The notes: generated from the letters alone by a model not told the origin. A stretch of DNA of 64,000 nucleotides from a candidate division FCPU426 bacterium (GCA_963796105.1 CAWCKJ010000013.1:1-64000), one strand, 5' to 3'; shown: positions 53,291 through 63,739, numbered from the stretch's first letter. Program-made: numbers and translations.

Positions 53291-55918
53291 ATGGATGACC
53301 TGACACCCATGATGAAGCAGTACCTGGAGATGAAGAGGATCCATAAAGAGGAAATCCTTTTCTTCCGCCTGGGGGACTTTTACGAGATGTTCTTCGAGGA
53401 CGCCCGCACCGCGGCCCGCGTTCTCCACCTGACCCTGACTTCCCGGGAGGGGGGCAAGGGCCAGAGGATCCCCATGGCGGGCATTCCATACCACGCCGCG
53501 GAAAACTACCTCGCCCGCCTGGTAAAACAGGGCTTTTCCATCGCCATTTGCGAGCAAACCGAGGATCCAGCCCTCGCCAAGGGCCTCGTCAAACGGGAAA
53601 TCTCCCGCGTGATCACTCCTGGAACGGTCCTCTCAGCGGCCATGCTGGATGAGAAATCGAACAACTACCTGGTCGGGCTCGCCTTTTCCCCCCAAGGACT
53701 GGGATTGGCGGCCGTGGACGTGACCACGGGGGAGTTCAAGTCCTGCGAGATCCAGGGGCCTGAAAAGTTCTCCATCATGGCCAATGAATTGGCCAAGTTC
53801 AACCCCGCCGAGATTTTGTCCACCCAGACCCAGCCGGACGCCCCGGAATGGAGCCTGCTCCTCAAATCCGCCAACGGGGCCAAGCATTCCCGCCTGGAGG
53901 ATTGGAAATTCTCGATTGAGGAAGCCCGCGGGGCCCTGCAGGAGCATTTCCAAGTCAAAACCCTGGACGGGTTCGGGCTTTCCGGGCAGGACCAGGCCGT
54001 GAGGGCCGCCGGCGCCGTCCTCCAATACCTGAGGGACACCACCCACAGCGTCCTATCCCATATCTCCAGCCTTTCCTCTTTCCAGGTTGGGGAGGGAATG
54101 CTCCTGGACGCCACCACCCAGCGCAACCTGGAGCTGGTCCGGAACATGAACGACGGGGGCAGGGAGGGAACCCTGCTGTCGGTGGTGGATGAAACAACCA
54201 CCTCCATGGGCGGCCGGCTGCTTCGTCAATGGCTCATCACTCCCCTGACCTCGGTCGCGAAGATCAGGAGCCGGCAGGACTCGGTGGAGGAATTCCTCGC
54301 CCGAAGGGAGGAAAAGGACCGCTTGAGGGAACTGCTCCGGGAGATCTCGGACCTGGAAAGGCTCGCGGGGCGAATCGGATGCGGGACGGCCAACGCCCGG
54401 GACATGGCGGCCTTAAGGACGACCCTGGCTCTCCTGCCGAAGCTTCACCAGATTCTTTCCACATTCAAGGCCCAGTGGGTGAAGGACCGCGTGGATTCCT
54501 GGGACAACTTGAAGGACGTTCATCTCCTGCTGGAGCAATCCATTTCGGAGGAGCCTCCCCTGGCCCTCAAGGAAGGGGGGCTGATCAAGGCGGGATACAA
54601 CACGGGATTGGACGAGCTGAAAAAAGGGTCCCAGGAGGGGAAAAGCTGGATCGCCCGCCTGGAGGAAAAAGAAAAGTCCCGGACGGGAATCGGGTCCCTC
54701 AAGGTGCGCTACACGTCCGTCTTCGGCTACTACATCGAGGTTTCCAAGGCCAACTTGGACAAGGTCCCGGCGGACTACCACCGGAAACAAACCCTCGTGA
54801 ACGCAGAAAGGTTCATCACGCCGGAATTGAAGGAGATGGAGGGAAAGGTCCTGGGGGCGCAGGAAAAAGCCGACCGGCTGGAGTACGAGATTTTCGAGGG
54901 CATCCGGGTCCAGGTGTCCAAGGACCTTTCCCGGCTCCAAAAGGCGGGGCGCACCATCGCGGAATTGGACGTCTTCTCCTCCATGGCCCAAGTGGCCGAC
55001 CGGGGCCGCCATGTCAGGCCCCTGATCCTGGAGGACTCCCAGGAGTTGAGCATCACGGACGGCCGCCATCCGGTCCTGGAACGCATCCTCAACTCGGACC
55101 AGTTCGTCCCCAACGACACCCGCCTGGGGGTCGAGGGCGTCGAGATTATGGTCCTGACCGGCCCCAATATGGCCGGTAAAAGCACCTATATCAGGCAGGT
55201 GGCGCTATTGTCGCTCCTGGCCCAAACCGGCTTCTTCGTCCCGGCCAAGGAAATGCGCCTGGGGATCGTGGACCGGATTTTCTCTCGGGTGGGGGCTTCC
55301 GACGCCCTGACCCAGGGGCAGAGCACCTTCATGGTGGAAATGGTCGAAACCGCCAACATCCTGAACCACGCCACGGCCCGGAGCCTTTTGATCCTGGACG
55401 AGGTGGGCCGGGGAACCTCCACTTACGACGGGGTTTCCATCGCCTGGGCTGTCGTTGAGCACTTGGCCCAGCGGCTGAGGGCCAGGACCCTGTTCGCGAC
55501 CCATTACCATGAGCTCACGAGGCTGTCCGCCGTCTTCCCGAACGTGAGGAACTTCAATATCGCCGTCCGGGAATGGAACGAGCAGATACTCTTCCTCCGG
55601 AAAATCGTGGAGGGGAGCACGGACAAGAGCTATGGGATCCAGGTCGCGCGCTTGGCCGGCGTCCCGCGGGTGGTGGTGGAAAGGGCCAAGAAAATCCTGG
55701 CTTCCCTGGAAACGGGAAGCGGGCTTCCGGTGTCGAAAGACCAGACCATCGAGAAGATCCCGGTGATCGCGCCGGAGCCCCTTTCCCAGCTCTCCTTTTT
55801 CGGAAAAGGGGGGAGCCATCCGGTCCTGGAGGAGTTGAAGGGACTGGACTTGAATGACCTGACACCCCTCCAAGCCCTCAATCTCCTGGGCGAGTGGAAG
55901 AAAAAAATCGGAGACTGA
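53291..55918 (+). CDS. mutS: DNA mismatch repair protein MutS
   Basis: TPMMKQY, FRLGDFYEMF, TGPNMAGKST, LDEVGRGTST, FATHYHEL. Confidence 0.98.
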   Translation: MDDLTPMMKQYLEMKRIHKEEILFFRLGDFYEMFFEDARTAARVLHLTLTSREGGKGQRIPMAGIPYHAAENYLARLVKQGFSIAICEQTEDPALAKGLVKREISRVITPGTVLSAAMLDEKSNNYLVGLAFSPQGLGLAAVDVTTGEFKSCEIQGPEKFSIMANELAKFNPAEILSTQTQPDAPEWSLLLKSANGAKHSRLEDWKFSIEEARGALQEHFQVKTLDGFGLSGQDQAVRAAGAVLQYLRDTTHSVLSHISSLSSFQVGEGMLLDATTQRNLELVRNMNDGGREGTLLSVVDETTTSMGGRLLRQWLITPLTSVAKIRSRQDSVEEFLARREEKDRLRELLREISDLERLAGRIGCGTANARDMAALRTTLALLPKLHQILSTFKAQWVKDRVDSWDNLKDVHLLLEQSISEEPPLALKEGGLIKAGYNTGLDELKKGSQEGKSWIARLEEKEKSRTGIGSLKVRYTSVFGYYIEVSKANLDKVPADYHRKQTLVNAERFITPELKEMEGKVLGAQEKADRLEYEIFEGIRVQVSKDLSRLQKAGRTIAELDVFSSMAQVADRGRHVRPLILEDSQELSITDGRHPVLERILNSDQFVPNDTRLGVEGVEIMVLTGPNMAGKSTYIRQVALLSLLAQTGFFVPAKEMRLGIVDRIFSRVGASDALTQGQSTFMVEMVETANILNHATARSLLILDEVGRGTSTYDGVSIAWAVVEHLAQRLRARTLFATHYHELTRLSAVFPNVRNFNIAVREWNEQILFLRKIVEGSTDKSYGIQVARLAGVPRVVVERAKKILASLETGSGLPVSKDQTIEKIPVIAPEPLSQLSFFGKGGSHPVLEELKGLDLNDLTPLQALNLLGEWKKKIGD

Positions 55919-56197
55919 GTTCCCGCCACTCGGAAGTATCAGGCTTATCCGCCTTGGGATTCCGAGGAGTTTGTTTCCTCTGTGTTCCATCCTTCGATGG
56001 GGGTCTTTCAGGAACCGATTTTCACCAATATTCAACACTTCCGGCCGGCCCGAAACCCCGTTTTCCCCAAGGGGGTGGGGCATTTTCCCCCGTGAATCAA
56101 GGGGTTGATAAGGGTATTGTCAACCCCCCGAGGGCGGCCTTTTTGTCCATACCCATCCCATCCCAGGGATGTTAAAATCACCAATTCAAGGTGACCA

Positions 56198-59100
56198 TTG
56201 GCTAAATACGAAAAAACCGATCGAAAGACCTTTCCCTACGACCTGCCGGTCGAATTTGCCGCCCATGAGGGCGGCCTGTTCGAGGCTTGGTGCCCCCTCC
56301 TGCCGGGGTGCAAGGCCCAGGGGCAAAGCCCCAAAGATGCCCTGGACCACCTGAAAAACGCGGTGGACCTGTTCCTCGCCCAAACGGCGCCGGCCCATTT
56401 TCAAACCATCGAGCATTTCAGCGACATTTCCATCTTCTATGACATGTGCGAATTCAAGGGCCACCTGTATATCGCGTCCGGGCGGGACAGCGTCTTGAGG
56501 TCCGCCGCCGCCGTATCGGGAACCTTCGAGGCTTTCCGGGTCACCAAGAGCAACACGAAATTTTTCACCCCCACCCCGAACCACCCGGAAGGCGCGGGGG
56601 ATTACACGACGCAAATTTACTGCCTCTGTTCCTTCGCCCCTCCAGGAAGGGAAAATGCCCTTTTCGCCGGGACCAATTTGAACGGGTCGGTGTATTTTTC
56701 CGGCGACGGCAAGGAGTGGCAGGAGGCTTTCGCCACCGGCGAGGACCGCCTGCACTGCCTCCACGCCTTCCAGGACCGCCTTTACGCGGGCACGAGCTCC
56801 AACGGCAAGATTTTCGCCTATGACGGGGTGCAGTGGAACCTGGTGGGGAACCTGGGGGAGGCGGCCATCACCTGCTTTGGGGAGTACGAGGGGCGCCTTT
56901 ACGCGGGCACTTATCCCAACGGCTGCGTTTATTCCACCCCGGACGGCTTGAATTGGTCGGAAGCGGCCAGGACCGGCCAAAGCTTCGTCCAGTGTTTCAA
57001 GGAATTCAACGGCGTCTTCTACACGGGAACTTCCAGCGCCCAGGGGATCAGGATATACAAGACCCTCAGCGGCTTGGATTGGGAAAAGGTTTATGAATCC
57101 GGGAGGGAGCTCAACGTTTATAGCATGGAAGAGTATGAGGGCGCCCTTTACGCCGGCACGGGAAACTCCGGGAGGATCCTGAAGACCGTTGACGGCCAGG
57201 AATGGACGACCGCTTACGCCGGGGAGGAGGAGGGGGTCCGCGCCCTCCTGCGCTACCAGGACCATTTTTTCGGGTGCACCGAGAACAAGGGAGTGATCCT
57301 TCGCTCGGCTTTCTCCAAGGAGCACATCCCGGTCCTCCAGCAGGTTGAGACCAAAAAAGTGACTTCCTCCAGCGCCATGGTGACCTGGACCACGGACCTT
57401 CCCGCCACCTCCGAACTGCATTACGGGATGAAGGACGGGAGCGCGGGAATGAACCTGGCGGTCTCGGACCCGGCCCCCTCCTACCAGCACTCCCTTTACT
57501 TGACGGGATTGAGGGCCGGGGAGGAATACGAGTTCAAGGCCGCGAGTTGTTACCAGGGATCCACGCCGGCCGTATCGGAAACCGTCGTTTTCAAGACCTA
57601 TCCCGTGGCCCCCCCTGATGTTTATTCCCCGACCCATCCCCATCCGGGCGAGTGGGCCAACGGGAAGAAAATCGAGGTCATCCTTTACTCCCCGGTCCCG
57701 CAGGCCGGGTTTTATTACCAGCTGAACGACTCGGCTGATTTTGTCCCGGGCCCAGGCAAGGGCGACTATACGGAGGAAAGGCGTCTGATCCTCCCCCTCG
57801 CCGCCGAGGGAACCTGCTATTTCCACGTCGTGGGAGTGGATCCCGCCGGGAATATCGGGACCCATCCCAACCATTTCGCCATCGGGATCGACACGGAGGT
57901 GTTGCCTCCCCGGAAACTGGCCAGCCCCACCCATCCCGACCCCGACAAGTGGGAATCCAACGCCTCGCCCTTGGTGGCCTGGGAGGCCCCTCCGGATCTC
58001 TCCGGTGTGAAGGGCTTTTACGTGAAGGCGGACCATGAGCCCTTCAGCGTGCCCGCACCGGGGGAATGCCTGTTTACCTCCGAGAACCGCGCCACTTTAG
58101 GCCCCCTGGAAGACGGCCTCTGGTATGTGCATGTGGCGACCCAGGACCAGGCTGGAAACATCGGGCAGACCGCGGCCCACCTGCCGGTTCGCGTCGATAC
58201 GCAATCCCCGGTCCCGGTGCCGTCCTCCTCGACCCACTCCCAGCCGGACCATTGGTATTCCAATAACAGGGCCGAGATGGCCCTGACCACCCCTCCCGAT
58301 TTGTCCGGATTGGCCGGGTACTTTTACGCCGTGGACCAGGAGCCGGAGACCCTGCCGGAAGCCTCCTCGGCCAAATGGATGGAGGGGGATAAAATAATTC
58401 TTCCCCCGCTCGCCGACGGGATTTGGTACTTTCACGCCCGCGCCCAGGACAGGGCCGGTAATTTATCGGCCAAGGCGGGCCATCATAAGTTCTGCCTGGA
58501 CACGCACGCGGATCCCCCTCCGAGGATCACCTCCACCACCCACCCGGAGGCGAACCGCTGGTACCCCAGCAGGGGGGTGGAAGTCCAATGGGAGGATCCC
58601 ATCGACCATTCCGGGGTGGCGGGCTTCTATTACCACATCGACCGGGACCCGGACACGGTCCCCAGCGAAAAAACCTCCCTCTTCACGGTTCTGCGCAGTT
58701 TGTTTTTCGAGGTAGCCGACGATGGAATATGGTACTTCCACCTGGCCACCAAGGATAAAGCCGGGAATTTGAGCCGACAGGCGGCCCATATCACCCTTTT
58801 GGTGGACACCGCCGCCGGGAAACCTGTTTTGTACTCCCCGACCCATCCCGACCAGAACCGCTGGTATCCCGAGGCCCTCGCGATGTTCCGGACCGCGCCT
58901 CCGGAGGATCTCTCGGGCATCAAAGGCTTCTATTATCAATTGGGTCCCACGGCCACCCTGCCAGACCCAAAAAACTCGCTGTTTACCCAGAAAAACGAGT
59001 TCACGGTCCAGATCCCGGGTGATGGAATCCACTGGCTGTCGGTGGTTTGCCTGGATAAGGCCGGAAACGCCGGGCGGGAGCCGGCGGTTTATTCCTTGCG

Positions 59101-62100
59101 GCTGGACACTTCCGTCCCCGCGCCCGAGATCGCCTCCTCCAGCCACCCCCAGGCCGACAAGTGGTATTCCAACAGAAAGGTGGACCTGGAATGGAGAACC
59201 GCCCCGGATCTCTCCGGGGTCGAGGGCTGCTATTACTGCGTGGACCGGGATACAGAGACCCTTCCGGAAGCCTCCAGCGCCAAATGGACGGCGGGAAACC
59301 GCATCACTATTTCAGAGCCGGAGGACGGGGTGTGGTACTTCCACCTTCGCTCCAAGGACATGGCCGGAAACCTGTCCGAAAAGGCGGGGCATTTCAAGTT
59401 CCGAGTGGATACCCACGCTGGCGCTCCCATGAACGTCACCTCCCCCTCCCACGGGGAAATCGGGAGGTGGTACAACAACCGGAAGGTGGAGATAAGTTGG
59501 GAAGCCCCGCCGGATTCCTCCGGAATCGGGGGTTTTTATTACCAATTCAGCAGGGAACCGGAGACTGTCCCCAACGACAAGAACGCCTCCTTTACCGACC
59601 AGAATTCCGCCGTTTTCGAGGCGCCGGAGGACGGCCGCTGGTTTTTTCACGCCGCCACGCGCGATAACGCGGGCAACTTGAGCCGCGATGCGGCCCATTT
59701 CTCCTTCCTCATCGACACCCTTGTCGGGAAACCGCGCCTCACCTCCCAGACCCATCCCTCCCAGGAAACCTGGTATTCCCGGACCCACGCGGTTATCCAG
59801 GCTGATCCGCCAGAGGACCTCTCGGGCATCAAGGGCTATTATTACGTCCTCAGCGAGATCGCGGTCCTGCCGGATCCCAAGACCGCCTCCTTCACCGGGA
59901 AGAATGAGATGGTTTTGGATATCCCCCATGACGGCATCCATTGGCTGTCGGTGGTCTGCCAGGACCAGGCCGGCAACGTGGGGGACAAGGCCGAGACCTA
60001 CCAGATCCGCCTCGATACGGCCATTGCGCCCCCGGAACTTTCCTCCCTGACGCATCCCTCCCAGGACCAATGGTACGGCTCGGGCAGGCTGGAGATGGAA
60101 TGGAAGGACCCGAGGGATCTTTCGGGAATCGAGGGGCATTACACTGCCTTTAACCGCCGGGAAAACTGGCCGGTACTGCTGGGGGAAATGGATTTTACCA
60201 CGGGCAGGAGCGCCGAGATCCTCCTGGAAGAGGAGGGTGTCTGGTACTTCCACGCCTGCGCCAAGGACAAGGCCGGCAATATCAGCCAGTGCTCCACCTT
60301 CAAGATCCAGCTGGACTTAAGGGCGGCCCCGCCGTTCATCGAGAGCCCCACGCATCCCCGCGGAAAATGGAGGAACTCCTCCAAGCCCCTTTTCACCTGG
60401 GAAACCCCTGTGGAACTATCGGGGGTGGAGGGCTATTACACGGCCATCGACCAGAAGGCCGATACGGTTCCGGACGCCGATCACGGCGAGTGGACCCAGA
60501 TGAACTCCTGGGAAGGCCCTCAATTGGAGGACGGTCACTGGTATTTCCATGTGGTCACGAAGGACAAATCCGGGAACCTTAGCAAGGAAGCGGCGCACTA
60601 TCCCCTCCTGGTGGACACGAGGGTGGGCCAGCCGGTTTTATCCTCACTGACCCATCCCAACCAGGACCAATGGTACAACCGAAAGCAGGCTGTCATTCAA
60701 TTCGCCCCGCCGGAGGATCCATCGGGGATCAAGGGCTATTACTATTGCCTTGGCGAGTCCATGCGGCTGCCGGAACCCAACTCGTCCACTTTCACTGAGG
60801 GCAATGAGATCAGTTTGGAAATACCCCGCGACGGGCTCCATGTGCTGTCGGTGGTCTGCCTGGACGGGGCCGGGAACACCGGCAAGGAGCCGGCGCAATA
60901 CCAAATCAGGCTGGATACCTCGGCGGAGCCGCCGGAAATATCCTCCCCCAGCCACCCGAACCAGGACCAATGGTATGGAACCTCCAACGTCCAGCTGGAA
61001 ATGAGGGATTCCCCGGACCTGTCGGGCATCGAGGGATATTATTACGCGCTCAACCGGGAGGAAAACTGGAATTCCAATTTTTCGGTGATGGATTACACCC
61101 TGGAGCGGAAACTGCTCTTGACCGTCCAGGAGGACGGGGTCTGGTACGTTCATCTATGCTCCAAGGACCACGCTGGCAACGTGGGCCCTTGCGGCCGTTT
61201 CAAGATCCAGGTGGATTTCAAGGCCCTCCCGCCGGTCGTCCAAAGCCCGACCCATCCGGTGGGCCAATGGAAGAAGGAAACCAAACCCAGGTTCGCCTGG
61301 GAGGCTCCCCAGGACGTGGCGGGGGTGGAAGGCTACTTTGTTTCCATGGACCAGGTTCCCGATAAGGTCCCGGGTCCGGACCATGGGGAATGGGTCACGC
61401 TGAATTCCTGGGAAAGCCCCGCCTTGGCGGACGGCCGGTGGTATTTCCACGTCGTCACCAAGGACCGTGTGGGAAACTTGAGCCGGGAAGCCGCCCATTA
61501 TCCCGTTCTCATCGATACGGCCCCCCCGAAATCCATTCTCAAGCCCCTTCCCGTTTTTTTAAGCAGGACCCAGATCCATTTGGAATGGGACGCCGAGGAT
61601 ACCGCCGGGGTTAAATCCTTCGACCTCCAGGTCAAGGTGGGCCAAGAGGGGGATTGGGCCGACTGGCTTCTCCAGGTCACGGAAAAATCCGCCGCCTTCG
61701 CCGGGAAGGACGGGGAGAAATACGCGTTTCGCTGCAGGGCCGTGGATGAGGCAGGCAACCAGGAGTTATATCCGGACGGCGAAATGGCCTTCACGACCTT
61801 GGATCTCACGCCCCCGCCGCCGGTCCAGGAATTGACCGCGGCCCCAAGGCCGGGAGGGGCGATCGGGCTGAAGTGGAACCAGGTGGAGGATAAGACCTCG
61901 GGAACGGACTACTATCGCGTGTACCGCTGGATGGAAGGCGGGGCCCGCCAGAAGATCTCAATCGACGGCGAGATCCGGGAAGGGGAATACCTGGACCAGG
62001 ATCCCTCCCTGGCGGAAAAGACCGTTTATTACTATTGCGTTCAGGCCGTGGACAAGTTGGGCAACGAGCAAAAGGAAGGCAATAAGATCGCCGCCAGCCT

Positions 62101-63595
62101 GTCGGACCACGGGGTTGGAATCCCCAAAATCTCAAGCGAGACCCACGCGCGGGGGGATTGGAGCAGCCAGACCACCGCCCAACTTCGCTGGGAAGCCCCG
62201 GGGGACCTCACGGGAATCGCGGGTTATTATTTCACCGTGAACCAGGAACCCGAGAAGACGGTCGTTCCCGAAGGAACGGTCGTTCCTGAGGGGGCCATGT
62301 TCCTGACGGAAAACCAGGTGGAACTGAAAAACCTGGCCAACGGCACCTGCTATTTCCATTTGGCGGCGAAGGACAACGCGGGGAATATCGGCGGAACCGC
62401 GCATTTCAGGCTGAGGATCGACTCGACCAAGCCCACGGCCCCGGTGATCACTTCCTCCACCCATCCTGATCCCTACCGCTGGTACTCGACCGGAAAAATC
62501 CACGTCCAGTTCTCTTCCACCTGCGAGTTTTCAGAGGTGGAATCCTATTACTACGATTTCAGCCGGAAGCCGGACGGGCTTCCCGTGATCCAGGCTTCCC
62601 AAATGGCCTCGGGACATGAGATGGACCTGTCCGCCCCCGAGGCGGGGGTTTGGTGGCTGACGGTGGTGGCGAAAAACCAGGCCGGAACCCTTTCAGAACC
62701 CTCCAGAATGAGGGTCCAGGTCTCCGGAAGCGAGATGCCCCCTCCCTTGATCGCGTCTTCCACCCATCCCGAGGAGGACGAGCCGGCGGACAATTTCGAT
62801 CCGGTCTTCACCTGGGAGGACCGCCATGACGGGAATTTCAACCCGGCTGGGTATTACTACAAATTAAGCCGGGAAGAGGCAGATAAACTTACTTCAGACG
62901 ACCCCTACACCCCGGAAAAAGGCGTCCAACTCAAGAACGTGGCGGAAGGCGTTTGGTATTTCCACCTGGCGGCGGTAGGCGGGAACGGGGAGCCGGGGCT
63001 TCTTTCCTCAACCCGGAGAATCGTGGTCCGGCGGTTGGGCCAGGTCCAGGGAACCTTCCTGGGCAAGGACGCGACGGCGCCGGTCGTGGGGGCCAAGGTG
63101 GAACTGCTGAAGGGGGACCAGGTCGAGGCTGAAACCCTCACGGATTCCAAGGGCCGCTTTTTCTTCCCGCCCCTCGTGGAAGGCCGTTACGAGCTCAGGC
63201 TCCATAGCGAACAATTTCCTCCCTTGAAACTGAAGGACCTTTCGATCACCGCTGACACTCATTCCCCGGACACGGTCTTCACTGAGGACCTGGGCCTTTA
63301 CCCCAATCCCGGCCAGCCGGGACCCATCCGGTTCTATTATTTCCTCAAGGAGGACTGCAACGTGTCCTTTGAGGTTTTCGATTCCACCGGGACCCTCGTG
63401 GACAAGATGGCGGATAAAAAGGAAGGGGGAAGCTACGCCGTGACCATCTGGGACGCCGCGGGAAAACCCGACGGCGAGTATCTTTTCAAGCTCACCGCCA
63501 AGAACCTCACCAAGAACGCCATGTCGCGGTTCGCCGTGAAGAAATTCCGCATTCAGAAATTAACCCGGGAGTTGTCCCCCCAGCCCGTTTCATGA
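56198..63595 (+). CDS. Giant multidomain protein: HicB-like N-terminus, beta-propeller, FN3, 16 Ig-like ~100-aa repeats, carboxypeptidase-regulatory-like domain, FlgD/T9SS-like C-terminal domain
   Basis: GGLFEAWCPLLPGCKAQGQSPKDALDHLKNAVDLFL; LYAGT..G blades; SxxHP..W...D.SG..G.YY...DG.WYFH...D.AGN repeats; YPNP. Confidence 0.8.
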   Translation: MAKYEKTDRKTFPYDLPVEFAAHEGGLFEAWCPLLPGCKAQGQSPKDALDHLKNAVDLFLAQTAPAHFQTIEHFSDISIFYDMCEFKGHLYIASGRDSVLRSAAAVSGTFEAFRVTKSNTKFFTPTPNHPEGAGDYTTQIYCLCSFAPPGRENALFAGTNLNGSVYFSGDGKEWQEAFATGEDRLHCLHAFQDRLYAGTSSNGKIFAYDGVQWNLVGNLGEAAITCFGEYEGRLYAGTYPNGCVYSTPDGLNWSEAARTGQSFVQCFKEFNGVFYTGTSSAQGIRIYKTLSGLDWEKVYESGRELNVYSMEEYEGALYAGTGNSGRILKTVDGQEWTTAYAGEEEGVRALLRYQDHFFGCTENKGVILRSAFSKEHIPVLQQVETKKVTSSSAMVTWTTDLPATSELHYGMKDGSAGMNLAVSDPAPSYQHSLYLTGLRAGEEYEFKAASCYQGSTPAVSETVVFKTYPVAPPDVYSPTHPHPGEWANGKKIEVILYSPVPQAGFYYQLNDSADFVPGPGKGDYTEERRLILPLAAEGTCYFHVVGVDPAGNIGTHPNHFAIGIDTEVLPPRKLASPTHPDPDKWESNASPLVAWEAPPDLSGVKGFYVKADHEPFSVPAPGECLFTSENRATLGPLEDGLWYVHVATQDQAGNIGQTAAHLPVRVDTQSPVPVPSSSTHSQPDHWYSNNRAEMALTTPPDLSGLAGYFYAVDQEPETLPEASSAKWMEGDKIILPPLADGIWYFHARAQDRAGNLSAKAGHHKFCLDTHADPPPRITSTTHPEANRWYPSRGVEVQWEDPIDHSGVAGFYYHIDRDPDTVPSEKTSLFTVLRSLFFEVADDGIWYFHLATKDKAGNLSRQAAHITLLVDTAAGKPVLYSPTHPDQNRWYPEALAMFRTAPPEDLSGIKGFYYQLGPTATLPDPKNSLFTQKNEFTVQIPGDGIHWLSVVCLDKAGNAGREPAVYSLRLDTSVPAPEIASSSHPQADKWYSNRKVDLEWRTAPDLSGVEGCYYCVDRDTETLPEASSAKWTAGNRITISEPEDGVWYFHLRSKDMAGNLSEKAGHFKFRVDTHAGAPMNVTSPSHGEIGRWYNNRKVEISWEAPPDSSGIGGFYYQFSREPETVPNDKNASFTDQNSAVFEAPEDGRWFFHAATRDNAGNLSRDAAHFSFLIDTLVGKPRLTSQTHPSQETWYSRTHAVIQADPPEDLSGIKGYYYVLSEIAVLPDPKTASFTGKNEMVLDIPHDGIHWLSVVCQDQAGNVGDKAETYQIRLDTAIAPPELSSLTHPSQDQWYGSGRLEMEWKDPRDLSGIEGHYTAFNRRENWPVLLGEMDFTTGRSAEILLEEEGVWYFHACAKDKAGNISQCSTFKIQLDLRAAPPFIESPTHPRGKWRNSSKPLFTWETPVELSGVEGYYTAIDQKADTVPDADHGEWTQMNSWEGPQLEDGHWYFHVVTKDKSGNLSKEAAHYPLLVDTRVGQPVLSSLTHPNQDQWYNRKQAVIQFAPPEDPSGIKGYYYCLGESMRLPEPNSSTFTEGNEISLEIPRDGLHVLSVVCLDGAGNTGKEPAQYQIRLDTSAEPPEISSPSHPNQDQWYGTSNVQLEMRDSPDLSGIEGYYYALNREENWNSNFSVMDYTLERKLLLTVQEDGVWYVHLCSKDHAGNVGPCGRFKIQVDFKALPPVVQSPTHPVGQWKKETKPRFAWEAPQDVAGVEGYFVSMDQVPDKVPGPDHGEWVTLNSWESPALADGRWYFHVVTKDRVGNLSREAAHYPVLIDTAPPKSILKPLPVFLSRTQIHLEWDAEDTAGVKSFDLQVKVGQEGDWADWLLQVTEKSAAFAGKDGEKYAFRCRAVDEAGNQELYPDGEMAFTTLDLTPPPPVQELTAAPRPGGAIGLKWNQVEDKTSGTDYYRVYRWMEGGARQKISIDGEIREGEYLDQDPSLAEKTVYYYCVQAVDKLGNEQKEGNKIAASLSDHGVGIPKISSETHARGDWSSQTTAQLRWEAPGDLTGIAGYYFTVNQEPEKTVVPEGTVVPEGAMFLTENQVELKNLANGTCYFHLAAKDNAGNIGGTAHFRLRIDSTKPTAPVITSSTHPDPYRWYSTGKIHVQFSSTCEFSEVESYYYDFSRKPDGLPVIQASQMASGHEMDLSAPEAGVWWLTVVAKNQAGTLSEPSRMRVQVSGSEMPPPLIASSTHPEEDEPADNFDPVFTWEDRHDGNFNPAGYYYKLSREEADKLTSDDPYTPEKGVQLKNVAEGVWYFHLAAVGGNGEPGLLSSTRRIVVRRLGQVQGTFLGKDATAPVVGAKVELLKGDQVEAETLTDSKGRFFFPPLVEGRYELRLHSEQFPPLKLKDLSITADTHSPDTVFTEDLGLYPNPGQPGPIRFYYFLKEDCNVSFEVFDSTGTLVDKMADKKEGGSYAVTIWDAAGKPDGEYLFKLTAKNLTKNAMSRFAVKKFRIQKLTRELSPQPVS

Positions 63596-63641
63596 GCACC
63601 GGCCTTGCCAAGTGTTCCTTGAAAGTATAGAAAAACAGCCC

Positions 63642-63710
63642 GCCCCGAGCCAATCTTAAGGATAAGTTGAAGGGCAAGCCCTGAGCGAATCCTAGGGATG
63701 AGTCGAAGGG
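63642..63710 (+). repeat. Two tandem 33-bp REP-like units (36-bp period)
   Basis: gccccgagccaatcttaaggataagttgaaggg / gccctgagcgaatcctagggatgagtcgaaggg, 27/33 identical. Confidence 0.7.
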
Positions 63711-63739
63711 TTGACTAATACTAATTACGCCGTTAACAT
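63711..63739 (+). promoter_or_regulatory. Sigma70 promoter upstream of tRNA-Asp
   Basis: TTGACT-N17-TAACAT. Confidence 0.65.

Noticed and set aside
55919..56197. hicA toxin gene upstream of the HicB-like fusion
   Set aside because: No ORF with the HicA GSH motif or basic dsRBD-like pattern is visible
56186..58036. 616-aa minus-strand ORF and similar overlapping ORFs in the GC-rich region
   Set aside because: Antisense shadows of well-supported GC-rich genes
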